Assembly: GCA_011364925.1 (NCBI GenBank)
Contig: RDOA01000009.1
Span: 32,001 to 96,000 of the forward strand
DNA length: 64,000 bases
From: Promethearchaeota archaeon
GTDB lineage: Archaea > Asgardarchaeota > Lokiarchaeia > Sigyniarchaeales > SOKP01
Direction: 5' to 3'
Position 1 is the stretch's first letter. Every line of letters begins with the position of its first letter. Below are positions 61,265 through 64,000 of the stretch, piece by piece. The notes beneath the pieces are model-generated. The model made no database searches, had not been told where the DNA came from, and saw nothing but the letters and a program-made list of their open reading frames with translations. The translations under genes were made by a program, and so were the position numbers.

Positions 61265-62353
61265 TTGTTATTCTTGGAAGGCAATTGGAAAGATAATATT
61301 TCAACACCAGCTCTCGTTGTAGATTATGGCCTCATGCAGAAGAATATTAAGACTATGGCTAATTTTGCGAGAGAAAAAAAAATTAACCTAAGACCGCATG
61401 TAAAAACTCACAAGTGCCCAGAGATAGCTAAGATGATGCTAGAAGCGGGAGCAAGCGGTATCTGTGTAGCAAAAGTTGGTGAAGCGGAGATTTTTGCCGA
61501 ATCTGGTTTAAACGATATATTGATCGCAAATCAAGTAATAGACTTAGGTCAAATTAAAAGGTTAATTGAACTGAATAAAAAAACACTTGTTAGAGTTTGT
61601 GTTGATTCAGAGAAAAATGTTAAAGATCTTAGTAAAGCAGCCCAAAAAGAAGGAGTTTCGATAGAAGTAGTATTAGAAATAGATATTGGATTAGGAAGAA
61701 ATGGCATTCAACCTGGAGAACCTGCACTGAATTTCGCAAAATTTCTACAAAATCAAAAGAACATAAAGCTAGTTGGTCTCCAAGGATATGAAGGACACTT
61801 AATATCTGTACTAGATCCGGAGTTAAGAGAACAACAAGCTCACAATTGCATGCAACTTTTAGTTGACACTCGAGATCTTCTAAATGAAAATGGCATTAAC
61901 ATAAATTATTTAACTGGCGGAAATACAACTACATATAGGTTCACTGGATCACACGAAGGTATAACTGAAATTCAACCCGGTACTTATGTATTTAACGATG
62001 AACATCACTATAGAGTATGTCCGGAATTTAAAGTCGCGGCAACAGTCTTATGTGCAGTGTCTAATAACCCTACACGAAGAATTTATACAGTTGATGCAGG
62101 ATTAAAATCAGTCACCAATGACAACGGTAATCCAACCCTCAGGGATTATCCTAAATCTAAAATTAAAGTTATGACAGAAGAACACTCTATTATAAGAACT
62201 GGCCCAAAAGACACATTCGAAATAGGACAAAAAATAGAGATAATTCCTTCTCATATTTGTACAACTGTAAATTTATATGACTTTTTGACTGTTGTTAAAG
62301 ATGATGAGATTATCGAAAAATGGGATGTGTTAGCAAGAGGAAAAAATTATTAA
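61265..62353 (+). CDS. PLP-dependent D-threonine aldolase / D-serine dehydratase (DSD1) family
   Basis: TPALVVD, RPHVKTHK, YEGH, GTYVFND, EEH, PSHICTTVN. Confidence 0.88.
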   Translation: MLFLEGNWKDNISTPALVVDYGLMQKNIKTMANFAREKKINLRPHVKTHKCPEIAKMMLEAGASGICVAKVGEAEIFAESGLNDILIANQVIDLGQIKRLIELNKKTLVRVCVDSEKNVKDLSKAAQKEGVSIEVVLEIDIGLGRNGIQPGEPALNFAKFLQNQKNIKLVGLQGYEGHLISVLDPELREQQAHNCMQLLVDTRDLLNENGININYLTGGNTTTYRFTGSHEGITEIQPGTYVFNDEHHYRVCPEFKVAATVLCAVSNNPTRRIYTVDAGLKSVTNDNGNPTLRDYPKSKIKVMTEEHSIIRTGPKDTFEIGQKIEIIPSHICTTVNLYDFLTVVKDDEIIEKWDVLARGKNY

Positions 62354-62375
62354 AAATTAAAGGATAATATTAATT

Positions 62376-62753
62376 ATGCCAAATTCAGAGATTGTAAATC
62401 CTGGGACGCCAGTTGCCGGTCCCTATACTCCAGGTATAAAAGTTGGAAATTTATTGTTTATTTCAGGACAAGGACCTGCCCAAGGAGCTCTTGACATAGA
62501 AGAGCAAACAAGAACTACACTTGGGAAGATAAAAATAATAGTTGAAGCAGCTGGAGGGACACTTTCAAACATAGTCAATACTACAGTTTATTTAAAAAAT
62601 GTTCAGGATTTTGGGAAAATGAACAAAATATACAAAACATTTTTTGAAGAAAATGGAGTTACCGAAAAGTTTCCTTCACGATCTACAGTAGAAGTTTCGA
62701 ATTTACCTCTCGCAACTATGCTTATAGAGATTGGAGCAATAGCAGTATTATAA
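62376..62753 (+). CDS. ridA: RidA-family enamine/imine deaminase
   Basis: GPYT, FISGQ, F..MN.IY, PSRS.VEV..LP, IEI. Confidence 0.9.
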   Translation: MPNSEIVNPGTPVAGPYTPGIKVGNLLFISGQGPAQGALDIEEQTRTTLGKIKIIVEAAGGTLSNIVNTTVYLKNVQDFGKMNKIYKTFFEENGVTEKFPSRSTVEVSNLPLATMLIEIGAIAVL

Positions 62754-62822
62754 GTTGATCATAGTTCCCTTTTATTCCTACCAAAAATTTTTAATATCTT
62801 TTAGCTAGGTTTAAAAAAAATC

Positions 62823-64000
62823 TTAATATAAATCGTTAATTACGAAGTTTAAATTAAGCTCCTCAAGAGTTTCTTTAAGAGGGTAACCATTATCAGGATT
62901 CCAACCCATCTTTTCGCAATATCCCTTGTAATCTTCTAAATAATCTATACTCACTGCTCTATCTGAAATATTGTTCTTAATAATATCCACTCCTTCACGA
63001 AGAGTGAATGCTTGTCTTAATGTTTGTATCCTTAGCCCTATCTTTATAATTTCTTCCATAGATATGTCCCATCCCACAATAGCTTTAATCAATTTCTTCA
63101 ATGGATATTGTTGAAAGAAAGCTGAGAATTCGCATAACCCTAGACTGTTAAAACTTTGCCATAATCCAGCAACCAATTTTTCCGCTTCGCTTCTTTCTTC
63201 TCCAGCCCTTTTAAATTTTCTTGGTAAGGCAATTCCTTCGAATAATCCGTCAGGTTTTATAATAGGTCCCATTGCTAACATATCAAGTGTAGCGCTTGTA
63301 TGTCTCCCGGGAGTTGGATCAAACGCGAAGGAAGCACCCATGCTTTTATAATATTTTGCGGAATGCATGCCAAGTTCTTGGCCTAAAGCATGGATAGCGT
63401 AGACTTCACTACCTTTTCCTATTTTTTCAGATGCAATTTTACTCCCATCTGCTAATAAATCACCAATTCCTTCCCGATTAATAATTTTTTTCAGAATTTC
63501 TAGTATTGCCTTAGAATTTCCCCAAGTTAACTCAATACCATCTGTATCATCCAACCCTAATATCCCGTTTTCAAAACATTCGATAGCAAAAGCTATTGTC
63601 GCTCCAGCAGAGATTGTATCTAAACCTGCTCTGTTACACAAATCATTAGCTGTAAAGATGGTCATTAGATCATCATTTAAAAGTAAATGTCCAAAACTCG
63701 CACAAGTCTCGTATTCTGGTCTGTGTGTTTCTTCGAGACCAACTTCAGGTACTTTTAAAATAGCGCCACATTGAACGGGGCAAGAAAAACAGCCATATGA
63801 TTTTTGCTTAAATTTTAATATCTCTGTCCCCGCTAATTTATTAAGTTTTTCATCGGGAAAATCGTCTCTTGATCCCCCCCAATTTTTACAAGGTGTATCT
63901 CCAATTTGAAAAGAAATAGTATTACCAAATGTAGTACCCATTGATTTATATGCTTCTATTGCTCCACCAGTCGCATTTCGTATTCCTTCATTGTATAATT
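62823..64000 (-). CDS. Aldehyde:ferredoxin oxidoreductase family (W/Mo), 5'-truncated by window edge
   Basis: CFSCPVQCG, PEYET, GLDTISAG, REGIGDLLADGS, GLCEF; frame open to the window end. Confidence 0.9.
   Translation of the reverse strand, partial: LYNEGIRNATGGAIEAYKSMGTTFGNTISFQIGDTPCKNWGGSRDDFPDEKLNKLAGTEILKFKQKSYGCFSCPVQCGAILKVPEVGLEETHRPEYETCASFGHLLLNDDLMTIFTANDLCNRAGLDTISAGATIAFAIECFENGILGLDDTDGIELTWGNSKAILEILKKIINREGIGDLLADGSKIASEKIGKGSEVYAIHALGQELGMHSAKYYKSMGASFAFDPTPGRHTSATLDMLAMGPIIKPDGLFEGIALPRKFKRAGEERSEAEKLVAGLWQSFNSLGLCEFSAFFQQYPLKKLIKAIVGWDISMEEIIKIGLRIQTLRQAFTLREGVDIIKNNISDRAVSIDYLEDYKGYCEKMGWNPDNGYPLKETLEELNLNFVINDLY

Overview
AT-rich archaeal chromosome segment, almost certainly from an Asgard archaeon of the Lokiarchaeia type. 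The evidence is a Rag-like GTPase, a gelsolin-domain protein, HEAT-LRR proteins, S25e, an intron-containing tRNA and a eukaryote-type SECIS. Housekeeping and metabolic genes include lig, hisS, hisC, pyrF, AMP phosphorylase, a form IV RuBisCO-like protein, acetone carboxylase-like acxABC, AOR and a GltD/NfnB-like oxidoreductase. The ORF track breaks up or misses a selenoprotein operon: hdrA has 3 in-frame UGA and mvhD/vhuD has 2, followed by one eukaryote-like SECIS whose AUGA core is the mvhD stop codon. The most novel-looking locus is at 11.8-21.2 kb. It holds a Rag/Gtr-type GTPase-roadblock fusion and two paralogous longin/uDENN-like plus winged-helix proteins (NPRL2/NPRL3-like layout) that sandwich a 1435-aa membrane-anchored LamG/Ig surface protein, with S25e and a Bud23/WBSCR22-like methyltransferase in between. 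Other items of interest are a B12-binding protein/opine dehydrogenase/MFS cluster, a ThiI with a degenerate PP-loop next to a ubiquitin-like sulfur carrier, and a pair of membrane LbH proteins. No CRISPR array, rRNA or transposase was seen. All family calls come from motif recognition by eye; no database searches were run.
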